Source of the DNA: Monocercomonoides exilis PA203
Taxonomy: Eukaryota; Protista; Preaxostyla
Assembly (NCBI GenBank): GCA_001643675.2
Contig: LSRY02000013.1
Location: 992,001-1,056,000, forward strand
Length of the DNA stretch: 64,000 nucleotides
Direction of reading: 5' to 3'
The notes under the pieces were generated by a model. It was given only the letters and a program-made list of their open reading frames with translations. It had not been told where the DNA came from and did no database searches. The stretch's first letter is position 1; every line of letters begins with the position of its first letter. Shown one piece after another: positions 46,856-60,822 of this stretch. The position numbers and the translations under genes are program-made.

Positions 46856-49800
46856 AGAAGATGATGATGAATTTGAAGAAGAGGATGAAGAGGATGAAGA
46901 GGATGAAGAGGAAGAGGAAGAGGAAGAAGCCATCGCTGCTTCTTCAGAAGAAGAGGAGGAGGATTCAGTTGTGTCTGATGTGGCGTATGTGACAGTTGTG
47001 GTTGTTGGAGAGAGAGAAAGTGAATGTGCAGTCAGATGCTGAGAGGGCGATGAATCAGAAGAAGAAGATGATGATGAAGAGGAAGAAGAGGCAGAAGAAG
47101 AGGCGGAGGAAAAGAAAGAAGAAGACAAAGCAGAAGAAGCGACGGATGTCTGAGGCGATTCGAGAAGGAAAGGAGAAACGGAGAAGAAAGAAGAATGGCC
47201 AAGAACAGCTGCTCTATGGCCAGTGGAGATGAAAGGTGTGGAAGTGATTGAAGTGGAAGAGGAAGAAGAAGAGGAGGAGGAAGAAGAATTAGCATTTGAA
47301 GTGGGATGGAGAGGAGAGGCGAGGACAAGAGGGAAGCGTGATTGTTGAGTGATTGTGGTTGGGATGAGCTGGCGAGGTGAAAGTGATTGAGGTGATGATG
47401 AAGAAGAAGAAGATGATGATGGTTGCTTTTGTGTTGGTGAATTGTTCACAGTGGAAGAAGAAGAAGGAGAGGAGAAGGAAGAGGAAGAAGAAGAAGGCAT
47501 AGATTCCCCCAAAGCCTGAGATGAAGCTTGATTCATTTGCAACAATTTTGTCGAATTTCCTTCAGATGAATGATCAGCAGAGGACAAATTCAGTTTCTCT
47601 GTGCTTTCTTCGCTCTGCCCATTTGAAGCTAAGCAACTTGCATCGTTTGGTTTTCCAGTGTTTTCGATGAAGTTTTCGTGGAATGTGCCAACTGGAAGAA
47701 GAGATGGAGGGAGGTTGTGTTCTTCATGTTGTGAGGTGTTGGAGGGGAAGATGAAGGCTGAAGATGAGTTAATGTTTGAAGAAGATGAAGAAGAGGAGGA
47801 GGAGGAGGTGAAAGAAGAAGAAGAAGAAGAAGAAGAAGAAGAAGAAGAAGAAGAAGAAGAAGAAGAAGAAGAAGAAGAAGAAGAAGAAGAAGAAGAAGAA
47901 GAACCAGAAGAAGAAGAAGAAGAAGAAGAAGAAGAAAGAGGCAAGCAAATCCCAGTGTGTATATCAACCTCTGCACATTCATCAGCATCGATGAGTGTGG
48001 GCTCTTCCATCAAAGAATTCACTTTGCTTGCTGATGAATGGCTTGATGCATCTTCTTCGCTCTTTCTGTGGCTGTCAGCTGAAGAGGAATCAGAAGAAGA
48101 AGAAGAAGAAGAAGAAGGGTGAGAAGGATGAGAATGATGAGAAGGATGAGATGGGTGTGTGAGAGGAGAAAGAGGAGAAAGAGGAAATGATGTGGGAGTG
48201 TCTGTTGATTGAATGGGTAGATTGGAATGAGAATGAGATAAAAATAAAGATTGAGGTTGAGGTTGATTTTCATTTTCATTTTCATTTTGTGTCTTTGCTT
48301 TTTCTTCTGCTTTCTTCTGTTCTTTTTTAACTTTATCATTTTCTTCATCACCACTAATAATTCCATCCACCTTGCCAATAGCATTTGCTTCTCCCCTCAC
48401 ATTCTCCTCCATTTCTTCATTGTTTTCCTTTCTCTCTTCAAACACTTGCACTCCTTCTTGTTCAATTTCCTGTGAAATTTTCTGTTCATTCTCTTGAATT
48501 CCCTCTTGAATGCCTTCTTTTATATTCTCCTTCATATTTTCATTCGATTTCTCTTCAATGTTTTCTTTGATATTTTCCTGTATATTTTCCTGCTGCACAT
48601 AATGCACAGGAATAAGAGGATAACAAATAATTCCCGAAGGCGTTGAAAATGCAACATAGCCAGGAATAACTGCTTGTGGCTGTTGTTGCTGTGCTGAAGA
48701 AGCTGCAGCTGATGGCTCTGCTTCCAATGAATAAACAACCCCACAGTTGGATTCTTTGCTCATTGAAGCAAAAGAAGATTGTTGCGATTCTTCATTGTAA
48801 ATAACATTGGAAGCATAACTGTCCTTGTGAATGTTACTGAAACTGTTGAAATTGTTATTCATGCCATTCTCAAAATTGCCTCTTGTTTCGTTTTGCCTTC
48901 TTTCTGCTTCTTCTTTTGGCTTTTTTTCAATCTGTAGTTTTGAAAGAATGATGGCTGTGTCATCGAGTGTTGGCGAAAGAGATTGAATATCCATTTTACT
49001 GTGAAAATCAATTGCATTCTGCTTATTTAACTTCTTGTTCTCTTCCTCTTCCTCCTTCTCCTTCTTCTCTTTTTCATCTTCTCCCTCTTCTTCTCCTTCC
49101 TTCTCTTCCCTTTGCTCTTTTTCTTGTTCCAATTCAACATTTCCCTTTGTTTCCTTCTTTCCTCCATTTCCTTCCTCTTCCCTTGCATTCTTGATATTCT
49201 CCTGCATCTGCAGCAGTTGCATCACTTGCTGGCTCAGCTGCTGTTGAAGCAAATACATCTGCGTCTGCTGAGATTGTGATTGAGATTGTGATTGAATCTG
49301 AGTTTCAAGCTGAGGCTGTACCTGTGCCTGTGCCTGTTGTTGACTCTCTGTTAATGACACTGGTAAAGGTAAAGGTGAAGGCAATGGCAATGGCAACGGT
49401 AATGGAAAAGACAATGAATGGGGAGTTGATAATTCCAATGATGGAGATTGAGATTGCAATTGTGAAAGTTGTAATTGTTGCATTTGTTTCTGTTGTTCAT
49501 TCAACTTGTAAACAGAAGGCGATTTCGGAGGCAGAGCAGCACTAAGCCATTGGGGTTGCTGTGTGTTCTCTTCGTTCTTCATCGCATCTGCACTGTCCAT
49601 ACTGTAGTGTCTAATTTGGGTGTCTGTTAATGATACTAACAATGGAGAGGAAGAAAAGGAAGAAGAAGAAGAAGAAGAAGAAGATGATGATGATGATGAA
49701 TTAACAGCTCCGTTCCCAGCTGTCAATGAAAGAGGCAGTGGAGTCGCATCAACAGGAGTCAATGCTGCTGACAGCACTTGCAGTGGCAAGCCCAGCCCAT

Positions 49801-50126
49801 CCACTGCATATGGAGCAGAACACGTCTGTGACATGAAACTTGTCAGATCTTCTCCATTTCTTCTGGTTTCATTGCTTTCTTTGTGAGAAAGGAGTGTGTT
49901 GTCATCAAGCTGGGGCAATTGAGCAGGATGTGAAAATTGAGGCAAATGAGATAGTTGATTCATCTTATTCATCTGATTCTGCTGTTGATACAATTGAAAC
50001 TGCTGATACTGCTGACACTGTTGTTGTTGTTGCTGTTGTTGGAACTGTTGATGTTGATTTTGCTGATGTAGCTGATTTAGCTGGTTATGCTGTAAATCCA
50101 TTGAGCCATCCTTCATATGAAATCCA

Positions 50127-50157
<31 letters not shown>

Positions 50158-53100
50158 TTGTTGTTCCATTCGACACTGCATTCACAGCCTGGCTGGTTGC
50201 CTGCGAGAAAGACGGGCGCTGAAACGAGAAGAAAGGAAAACGGTGGGCGAGCAGAGAAGAATCGGCAGGGCGGATGAGGGGAGAAGGTGTGACAGGCAAA
50301 GGAACAGAACGCATCTCACACCCGATGGAATAGATGGTGCCCTCATACATCTTCTCTTTCTCTTTCTCTCTTTCTCTCTCTCTCTCTCTTTCTCTTTCTC
50401 TCTCCTTCTCCTTCTCCTTTTCCTTTTCACTGTCAAGAAAGCTATCTGAATTGTCTTTGTCTTCATCATCATCATCATTGTCATTATCATCTTCATCGCC
50501 CTTGCTCTGATTGCCTTCCATTCGCATCTTCTCTTCCATCCGCCGGCGATGCCTCGCCCGTCTTTCTTCTCTCTCTCTTCTGCGCCGCTGGTTCTTCTTC
50601 GCCCTCATCTCTGCTTCTTCTGCTGCCTCTTCGTGTGTTTGAGCGGTTGATATAGGATTAACTGCAGTTTCTGTTGTTGCTATTTCTTTTGATGTTTCTA
50701 TTGCATTTGAAGATGAAGAGGAAGAAGACGTTGATGATGAAGAAGATGATTGAATGACATTGTTTTCTTCCATCAAAAGTTGTTTATCTGTCTTTGAATT
50801 TTCCATTCCCGTTTCTTCTTTTTCTCCACTTTGCCTCATCTTTTCCTCATTTTCCTCGCTCATATTCTTCTTCTTCTCTTCTTCTTCTTCTTCTTCTCTT
50901 TGTCTGCTTCCTTTCTGCCCATCAAGCGCCTTATACTCCGTCTCATTCAGCTCATCCACCATCTTCAGTGTCAGCAGCGCCTTCCTCCTCGTCTCTTCCT
51001 TCTCATTCTTCTCTTCTTCATTGCTCTTCTCATAACCTTTTTCATTCCCTTTCTCTCTGATCTGCTGCAGTTTGTGAAGAATGCCTCGTGTATTCTTGCT
51101 GTTCTTGTGCTTCTCTGCCTCTTTCTCTTCCACTTCCATCTCCATCCTCTCTTCCTCTCCTTCTCCTTCTCCTTCTCCTTCTTCATTTCCTTCTTCTCGC
51201 TCCTCTTTTTCCTTTTCTCCTTCTCCTTCTCCCCTCTTCTCCTTCTCTTTCCCTTTCCCTTTCTCTTTCTCTTTCCTTTCACCTTTCTTCCCCTTGCACT
51301 CCACAATCTTCGTGTAGATGAATGCCTTTCCTTCTTCCTGTTTCGCCGACACCACCAAAAACCCATCTTCTGATTCATCATTCTTCCCTACCTCTGAAAC
51401 TTCACTTGCAGTCTTCTCATTCTTCATCTCAGCTGCCTCTTCTTCTTCTTCTGCTGCTGCTGCTCCTCCTCCTCCTCCTCCTCCTCCTCCATTTTGCTCT
51501 TTCTCTGCTGCTGGATTGGCAAGATGTGTTGATAAGGCAGATGGGAAAGAGTCTGAAGAAGAAGAAGAAGATGATGATGATGACGATGAGGAAGTAGATG
51601 AAGAATATGAAATCAGCTGCATTTTCCCTGTTGTTCTGTCTGAGTTCTGCTTCCCTCCAGTCGGCGATGATGAAATTGCTTCAGAAATCGCATTCGCCAC
51701 AAACAAGGGATCGACTGTATCGTCTTGCTCTTCTTCACCTGATGAGGTATAGTTGTGTTCACCTGTCTCTTCTTCCTCTCTTTCTTCTCTTTCTCTTCCT
51801 TCTTCTTCTTCTCTCTCTCCTTCTTGTTCATCCTCCTCACTCTTCAGTCTGTTCATCTGCAGCGGCTGCTGCTCCTCCTCTGCCCTTCTGCCAATCATCT
51901 CCTCTTCTCTTTTGTCGGCTGCTCGCTTCTCTTCCGAATTCAGCGACGGAATAAAACCAGGCGAAGAAGACAAAGAAATGTGCACGTTTTCTCCTCCGGA
52001 GCTTGCCTCGTTTGCAGACGTTGACGAATTCTTGTTTGCTGAAAGCTCATTCGCTGATAATCTGTTATTATTATTTTTATTATTATTGCTGTTGCTATTG
52101 TTACTGATAATATTGTTGTTCCCATTCTTTGCCCCAAACATCTTTGCTGGCGATCTTTTGCCACTTCCCCTCTCCGCTTTCGCCTTCTTCCTCATCTCCT
52201 CCTCTTTCTTCTGCTTCCTCTCCCTCGCCTTGTCCAGCATCAGCTCCCGCAGGATCTTCATCTGCATCTCATTCTCCCTCGAAATCCTCTCTTTTTCCTT
52301 CTGCTCCTGCAAACGATAGTCCAACTCTGGGCTTTCACACTCACTGCTTGTGGTGTATGCTCTTCGGAGCATTTTGTCTTTGCCTTCTTCTCTTCCTCCT
52401 CCTCCAATTGCTGCAATGGCTTCCACTGCTCTGGCTCTGCTGCCTCCAAATGCATCCATCCCAATCCCAATCCCCATCCCCATCCTTTCTTCCTCTTCTT
52501 CCTCTTCATACTCATCCAGAATCCCGTCGTGCTCTTTTTCCACACTCGATGAGCTGCTTCTGCGCATCTGAGGCATTCCTTTCTTCTTCTCTCCCGCTGT
52601 ATTCTCAATCACTTTTTCCATCGATCCCCCAATCACATTTGTACTTGCACCAAATCGTGAGCTTCCAGGTAAAGGAGGAATCGAAGAAAATAGAGGAGAT
52701 TCACGTTGATTAGAAACGTGTGGATGTTGCAGTGCAACAAAAGCAGGGGGAGATGGTGAGGAAGGCGGCGTGGAGCCAAGTGACTTTCGAATGATTGGTG
52801 ACACATTGTGCGCATAAGGGCGAGTAAATGCGTTGATTCCTCCTCCTCCTCTTTCTGCTTCTCCTCCTCCGCCATCAGTGCTGCTACTGCTGCTGCTATT
52901 CCCAACAAATCCCCTCTGCTCTGTTGTTGCACCTCTGACACGCTCTCCAGGAATCGGCAGGAGCGTGTCTGGCGAGGCGATGGCTGTGGATGCGCTGGCT
53001 GAGATGAACGCCGAGATCTGCGGGGCATATGCAGAAGATGCCTGCAGCACTGCTGCCCGTGTGCCAGCGAAGGAGAACGGAACCTGGCTCTGTGTCTGTG

Positions 53101-55285
53101 TCTGTGTCTGTGCAGTAGCAGTTGCTGTGGAAATGGCTGTTGTGATGACAACAGCGCTGGCAGTGGCAGCAGCTGTCGCCTGCAGCAGTAGCTTGCCATC
53201 TCTCGGAAGTGGAGAGCTTTCCTGTGTGTTGACTGCAGCATGTTCGTTCCCATAGCGCTGCATCTGTTGTTCTGCAGGAAGCTCTGCACTTTCTCTGCCT
53301 GTGTTCTCCTGCACAGCACTCGACTCGCTGTGGGAAAGCGGAAGGGGCTTCTTGGCCTTCAAGCGGAGCGGCGGTAGCCATTCGAAGCGGTGTTTGCGGA
53401 TGACATCGGCGACGCCGTCTTTCATTGCGCCGCTGGTGTTGAAGGCGCGCATCAGGAGATGGTAGAATGGGTGAGAGCGATCGAATATTTGGTAGGACGA
53501 TGGAGAGGAAGGTGAAGAAGAAGAAGGAGAAGGAGAAGAAGGAGAAGGAGATTTGCCAAAGAGAGAGTGAGGAACAGATAGCTCAGAGGCTGGAGATGAC
53601 ATGAGAATATCTTCACACACCATCATCTGCTGCTGCTGTTGTTGTGGCTGAAGCCGCTGCTCAGAAGAAGAAGTGCGCATCAGCGGTGGCATAAAAGCAA
53701 GCTGCTCTTTGGTGTTACTGCATGTGAAGTTATTATTATTGTTATTGTTGTTATTGTTGATATTGTTTGCAGCATTGCAATTGTGTGCGTCAATGCGCAG
53801 AGCCTGCCCCGCACGTGAGAAGGACGAAGGGGCTGCTGAGGATGTGAGGGACGAAAACGGGGAGGCCACATTAGCACCGCCGTCTGTTGGGCACGACACC
53901 TCTCTCTCTGCTCCTTCTCTTGCCAGCGCCAATGTCTGAGCCAATGTCTGTGTCTGTGTTTGTGTCTGTGCAGGAGCCAGCTCTTGTGCCACCTCCCTCT
54001 CAGCAGGCGTCTCCATGCAGCACTCGATCTTCACTGGAACTGCTTCGCCTGACGAGCACGTCTGACAAGTCGGACAAGTGGGATAAGTCGGGCACATATT
54101 CAGTGCTGTCTGTTGTGCAGCAACAGAATCCTCGTGTGCCGTGTCCCCCGCAACAGCCCGGGACGTTGGCAGCTGCTCTGCCTCTCGTCTGCCTTGCTCT
54201 TGAGACAGGACATTGGGAGAGGCATCCAGCAGCGGAGAAGCCTTGGAATTCTGCGCTGTGTTTAGCGGAGAGGTAACAAATGATGCTGGAATAAAAGAAG
54301 CAGACGCAGAAGCAGAAGCAGACGAAGCTGACGAAGCTGACGAAGCAGGCAGCTGAGATTGAAGTGCATTCGGAGGTTTCAGCACAGCAGCAGCAAGCGC
54401 ATTGGGGAATGTTGACAAAGGCCCAATCATCATGTGCACCAAAAGACGACGCAGATAGTTGTAGTTGGGCTTCACTCCAAAAGGTACGGATCGCGTGTAG
54501 CTCATCATCGTCGCAAGTTCAAGCGGGCAATCGTAACAAAGTAGCTCAACGGGAGTTGAGGACTTCATTTCTCCTATTTTCTGATATTTTAAAGGTGGAT
54601 CAGCACATCTAATTCCTTGCCAAGGAAGCTCTCCTTTCAATAAATACAAAAGCAAATAACACACTGACTCCAAATCGTCCTTCCTGTTAAGTTCCATTCC
54701 AAGATGTGCATTAACCGTTGCATACCTTGGAGTTCCTGTAAGTGACTTTCCCGTTCGGAAAGGAATATGTTCGTTCGTATGAGGATCTCTGTATCTTTTT
54801 GACAATCCAAAATCAAGAAGATATACAATATTAGCTCGTCGCCCCAATCCAAAAACAAAATTCTCGGGTTTAATATCACGATGTATATATCCTTTTCGAT
54901 GAAGTGTTTCAAGTCGATTAATGCATTGAATGCCAATGCTTGCAATTGTAGCAATGCTAAATTTTCTTTTCATTTTTTCGAATTGCTCTTCTAAATTTTT
55001 CCCAAGCAATTCAATTATCAGTATGTAAAATCCGTCCTGTTCCCCAAAATATCGTATTTCTGTAAAACCATCCTCCCCTTGTAATTGAGACAAAATTCTG
55101 CTTTCATAACTTAAAAGACTATTTCTAGATTTCACCTCAAACTTTGCCGCCAAATGTTCCTCTGTTTGGGTGTCATAAACCTTAAAAACCCAACCAAAAC
55201 TTCCTTTTCCAATTCTTTTTCCTCTGTCCAATGAGTAACGCCTATTTATCAGCGTGGGAATTTGGCCCAAAGAGACATTATCCAT
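44459..55285 (-). CDS. CK1: Casein kinase 1-family kinase with ~3300-aa low-complexity C-terminal extension
   Basis: IGKGSFG, AAKFE, ELLGKNLEEQF, IHRDIKPENF, LLDFGLSKRY, KSLTGTPRYATVNAHLG, RKDDLES and LPWQG in the first ~290 aa. Single open frame of 10.8 kb. Confidence 0.95.
47813..47936 (+). repeat. (GAA)n microsatellite encoding poly-Ser in the CK1 tail
   Basis: About 40 GAA units with one CCA interruption. Confidence 0.95.
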
Positions 55286-55961
55286 AATGCTTATTATCTT
55301 TTAATAAGCAATCACACAACCGTGAAATAAATATCTTTTAATGATCTATAACCGTAATATTTATCAAATTTTTAAAAACCAAATTTTTTAATATTGTTGA
55401 AACTATAACTTTTTTATTTGAGAAGCTTGAAAAGCAAGATAATAAAAATTTCATTGATACGCGAGGAATAGAAGAAATACCCAAAGAGTGATCCATTTTA
55501 AAAAAAAATAAAATAAAAAAATTCTGTTCTGGTTTTGGCTTTGAAGGAAACCAAAATAATCTTTCATGAAAATTTTCACAATTGCAAGTTGAACACAATT
55601 GCAATAACTTTTGCAATTTTTACAAAATAATTACATTTTAATTTAATTTTTTTATAGTTAAATTATTTAATTATTTTTTTATTTTTCATGAGAATGCTAA
55701 TTTATTTCGATGATGCTATTTCAGAAAAAGATTGATTCAAATTTTTGTTTTTTTTAGAAAATAATTGAATTTTGTTCAATATTGTGAACAAAACCCATAT
55801 CACATTTGTTTTAAGTTTGTGTTAAAAAACTTCTCTTAAAAATCTCACTTTGAATATTTTTAATCAATTTTTGCATTGATGCTATTTCCAAACATATGTT
55901 TTTGAAATTTATATTGGAATTTTTTTTCAATTAGGCTTTATTTTTAAGTTCATTTGTACAT

Positions 55962-57437
55962 ATGGATGAAAACCTTTCAAGTTTGATGGTCATTTTTTTG
56001 AAGCAATTGATTGTTGATATTCTTCATGATCACAGAATTGCTTTCAGAGCTTGTATGCTGTCCTATCGAAGATCAAATACAGAAAAAATTTGAAATGAAA
56101 AGGATGATAGATGAAATAGATGGCGAAGGTTTTGGTTCTGTTTTCAAAGAACTACTCAGTGAAATACACAAAATGATCGAAAAAAAGAAATTGTCTTTGG
56201 AAAATGCAGTTTTTATGTTGAAACATATTGGATATTGCAAGACATTGAAAAATCCTTCTCTCAATGCGCATTATTATTTACCGCTAATAAACAGCTTCAT
56301 AATAATTATTTCTGAAGAAGAGAAGAAAAAAGCATCAAAGAACGAAAAACTAATTCTTGAGCTATGCGAATGTATTTTTCTTCTTCAATGCTATGATTTT
56401 TACAACGGAGTTCCTGAAGAATGGCTTTCATTATGTGTTCCTAACCTTCTGAAAGCTGCACTGAACAAGGATGAAAGCGAGGAGATTAAAAAGGAAGTGG
56501 AAATGGCTTTGCTGTCATTGTGCAATATCGAGCATTTCGTATGAGAATTTCATTTTCCTTTTTCATGTTTTTTTTTTCACATTTTATTTTTATTTTTTTA
56601 AAGAGCATTGAACAAAAGTTGTATTTGAATGAAATCAAAGAAATTATCCTGTATCATCAGAAGCATCATAATCTATCATTTCTTGCGTATCAATCTGCTT
56701 GGATGTTTTTTGAAAACAGATTGCATTATGAAACTGAATTGGTAAGTGTATTCACAAATGAATTGCATTTCACGAAGGAAGCAGGAAGAGAAATAGAGGA
56801 GTTGACGGGGCGTGTAGATTGGATGAAAAATGAAGATGAGTTGGAAAGAATGAAAGAAGTGTGCATAATCAAAAGGTGGTTGGATTCGATAAGAAATTTC
56901 CTATTTTTTGACAGTGCTGAAGAAAGTGAAAACATGGAAATCAAAAAGAGTACCCTTAATCTGTTCAAGGTTGCAAAAGATGATGTCAAAGGAATACGCC
57001 TTCAATGTATTGAGCTGTTAATATTTTTTGCATCACAGGAAAGCGTTCATGCAGACGCTTTCTTATGTGATGCTGCTGATATCGCTTTTGATGAAATGCT
57101 TCGATCGACACTTGATGATATGATGACAGAAAATGTTATGCAGTTCTTTTTCTCTCTTTTGAGAAAATTGAGCATTGAAAAGGAGGAGAAGAAGAAAAAG
57201 AAGAAAAAGAATGTGAATGGATCATTAACATTTGCAAAGAGCTCCGTGGATGAAAAATGCAAAAAAGAAAAGAAAGAGACAAAGAGCGAGACAAATTCTG
57301 ATAAGCTGATACTTGAAAAGTTAGAGAAAGAAGGCTTCGAAGACATTATGATCAGTTGCTCTAATGTGCTTCCCATCTTAAACTTTGTGTCCAATGATAA
57401 TCCATATGATCTTTCAGATTATTTTTTTTCTAATTGA
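55962..57437 (+). CDS. Expanded 3-exon helical-protein family, apparently intact copy (55962-55980, 56036-56538, 56604-57437)
   Basis: Family motifs KKEVEMALLSL, LYLNEIKEIILYHQKHHNLSFLAYQSAW, NELHFTKEAGREIEEL, EKLEKEGFED and LSDYF. GT-AG introns at the family positions keep the frame. Exon 1 is a prediction. Confidence 0.8.
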
Positions 57438-58025
57438 GAATATGAAGATTTTTATCAATGAAAAGATTCATTTCAGTTGTCAATAATAAATCAATATTTT
57501 TTATTCTCCAGAAAACTTGTTGTACATATTTCAAATGACTGTCAATCATCTTGAAAATGAGCTGCTTCCCAGCCATAATCTCTATAATATTCTTTTATTT
57601 AAATGACTGGTCCTATTCCTCATTGTCAAGAGAAAAGCTTTTTTCTTTAACAATTTGATGCAAAATATTGAACAAATTATTGATGTTTCCTTCCAAATTA
57701 TCAGATCTTTTTTTTTTTTGAATCTCATCTTAATGATAGTTAAAATAGAACAATAGACAATATATAAATTCTCAAACGACAATTTGCTATGCATTTTCCG
57801 CTTTGAAACAATGTTGAATTGAAAAAACTTTCTCTTTTTAATCAACCATAATTATTTCAAAAGCAATATCAAAATTGAGAATTTAATTCGAACGAGAATA
57901 CCATAGTTAACAAATTGAGATATGTGATATTTTTGGAAAAGATGTGAATTATCGAAATTTTTTTTGATTATTTGTTCGCTCTTATTAAAAGAAAATGTGT
58001 TTTCTTAGCAATAACTATAATTGAA

Positions 58026-59431
58026 TGGCACTACCAACACAATTTTCCAGAAATTGAAGGATGCAGTTTTTTGTTTTTTAGTTTGTTTTCCTTAGCGAAA
58101 CGATTTATTACCATTGTTGTATTTTAGAGAAAAAATGCTGAACTTGAGAGTTGCTTCCCAACGAACAAAAACAGAAAATTTGAAATGACAAAATGATTAA
58201 TGAAATGAATGAAAAAGAAATGCATTTTGTTTTTGCAAAAAAGGTGTTCTATGTTATGGAGGAAATGACAAAAGAATAATATTTATCAATAAGAAATACA
58301 AATTGGTTGTTGAAGCACTTTGAATATTCGATGCTATTGTTATATGTGATGGTCTATTGCAAAAAAAGTTTTTCATTGAATGAAAGATTAGAAAAGATGA
58401 TTGTAAAAGAAGATAAGAAAAAAATGAAAGGATGAAAAGTGTCTTATTGACATTTGCAAATGCTATCTTTTGCTTTAATTAGAATTTTCATTGAAATTGC
58501 GTTCAATTTGTGTGCCTTAATTCTGAAAGTTGTGTTGAAGAAAGAGGAAAACGAGGAGGCTCAGAAAGAAGCGGAAATGGCTTTGCTGGCTTTGAGTGAA
58601 ATTGAGTTTAACATTTGAATGTTGTTATTTCATTTTTGATATTATTGATGTTATCTTATTTCTTATCAGTTTGTCAAAAAAGAGCTGTATTTGACTTAAA
58701 TCAAAGAAATCATCAAATATCATCAAGAACATCACAATCTGACGCAGCTCGCCTATCAGTCTGCTTGGAGGATTTTAATTAACCGAGTTTATTGTGATGA
58801 TAGTTTAGAAGACGCTGTTTTAAAAGAACTTCATTGTGTGAGAGAGGCAGCAGGAGAAATCGAAGATCTGTCAAAGAGTGTGGATTGGAAGAGAAAAGAA
58901 GAAGGAAGAGAAAAGGAAGCAAATGAATTGCTTTTAATCAGGAGATGGGTCCAAACATTTTGTAATTTCTTTTCTTCATGCAAATTGTGGAACGAAGAAC
59001 TTGCTGGAATTATCAGCAGTATTGTTCGAGTGTTTCGATTATTAAATGATAAATACCCATTTACAAGATTTGTATGCATTTGTTCATTTGACATGGCAGC
59101 AAGAAATAGAAATGCGAAGATTGATGTCTTGTTGAAAAGCGGAGCCATTGATGCAGTTTTTGAGGAGATTCAGCGGCAAACACTGGAAGAAGAAATAGTA
59201 AATGAATGTTTGATTTTATTTATGGTTATTTCAAGTAGAATATAATTTAAAGAGAAAGATGAAATGGAAGAAGCAAAAAGAAAGATAACCAAAAGGAAGA
59301 TATTTGAAGGGATGGAAGAAGAAGGATGCGAAGACATCATCACAAGCTTTTATGAAAAATTTGATTTTCTTAACAGACACTATTATTATGGATAATCCTT
59401 AAATATTTCAGATTATTTTGTATTCGTTTGA
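58026..59431 (+). pseudogene. Expanded 3-exon family pseudogene
   Basis: Same motifs (QKEAEMALLALSEI, YHQEHHNLTQLAYQSAW, EGMEEEGCEDIITSF, ISDYFVFV*) with several stops and frameshifts. Confidence 0.9.
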
Positions 59432-59499
59432 ATCAAAAGCGCTTTTAATGTTTCAAACTTTTCGGAAATTGTATTTGTTCAGTCATAAAAAGAGAGGAA

Positions 59500-60070
59500 A
59501 CGAAAGAAGAAGAAGACGAAGAAGAGAGGAGTACATTTATAGATAACCGAAATGAGTCTTTTTCATCAATAATGTCAATACCAATTCATTCGTTCTACTT
59601 CTTCTTCCTTCTTCTTCCTTCTTCTTCCTTCTTCTTCATTCTTCTTCATTCTTCTTCATTCTTCTTCTTCTTCTTTTCTTTCTTCTCTTTCTTTTTCTTA
59701 CATTACTTCTTCTTCTCCTTCTTTTTCTTCATTTTCTCCTTCTTCTTCCTCTTCTTTCTCTTTTTCTTCTTCTTCTTCTTCTTTTCCTTTTTCTCTTTCA
59801 ATTTTTTCCACTTCCTCATTTTTGATCATCTTTTCTCTTCCCTCTCTCAACTCCTGATTCAAATGGCCAGATGATCCTGAACTCCTCTTCCTCTTTGCAT
59901 CTTCCCGCAGCTTCTTCTTCATTCTGAAGATACCTGCTTTGTTCGCCTGGATGGTGCTTTGCAATGCTCTAAGAAATGAAACGATTTGGATGGAAGGAAA
60001 CTGGGAAGACTCCTTCAAAGGCAGATGCTGTCAGGTACACAAGCAGAAAAGAATGATAAATGTGAATGCC
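59500..60070 (-). pseudogene. Low-complexity Glu/Lys-rich gene fragment
   Basis: Fragment KESSQFPSIQIVSFLRALQSTIQANKAG... runs into a (GAA)-rich tract and lacks a clear start. Confidence 0.35.
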
Positions 60071-60822
60071 TCCACAAGCGACAATACGATATCTCCTGTA
60101 TTTTTGAGGAGTGTCCAAAGAAAGAATAAATATTTTGCATTAACACATTCAACGAGGAGGTTGATGAAAACGAATAAAACAGATAAATCGAATAAAACAA
60201 AGGAAAAGAAAAGAAAAATAAAGAGAAAGAGAAAGAACGACTGGGTTGATTGTGAGAAGAAGAAAAAGTTCATTTTCCACAGCAGATACAGCATTCCACC
60301 ATTTCTCGCAACTTCAACTTGAATAGGATTCGATGAAATGTTCAAAGATTGCTTTTGATTATTTGTTTGCCATTTATCCGAAACTTAATATTACAAATGA
60401 CGAATTTTTGAAATTTTGTGGTTGAATTCTTCTCTTTCATTGCTGATCAAAATATTTTTGCGGCATTTCTTTCGTTTTAACTTTTTTTTTAACTCACAAT
60501 TTAAAGGGATTTCTAGAATTGGGAGGAATAAAAAGAATCAAAAGGAGAGATTCAAATTGGAACAAAAGAGAATTGGAGAAGTTGAGGGTATTTGAATAAA
60601 TGCGAAAACAACAAATAAAACACATGTTTGATTGAGTGAGAAATGGGAAAAGAAATGACTGCGGGGTGAATTTTGAATGAAGAAGAAAAATCAATTGAAC
60701 TATCAAAACATAACTGCTTTGACTGTTTCTCTTCGTTTCAAAAAGATGAAAAAGTGAATTGAACTGTGAAATGATTTCAAAAATGAAAAATCATTTAATA
60801 AAATATTATTGATCTCAGTTTC

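Noticed and set aside
44600-54700. Many overlapping and antisense ORFs within CK1 (and likewise in the 1208-aa and 1992-aa genes)
   Set aside because: Shadow ORFs produced by trinucleotide low-complexity sequence lacking stops.
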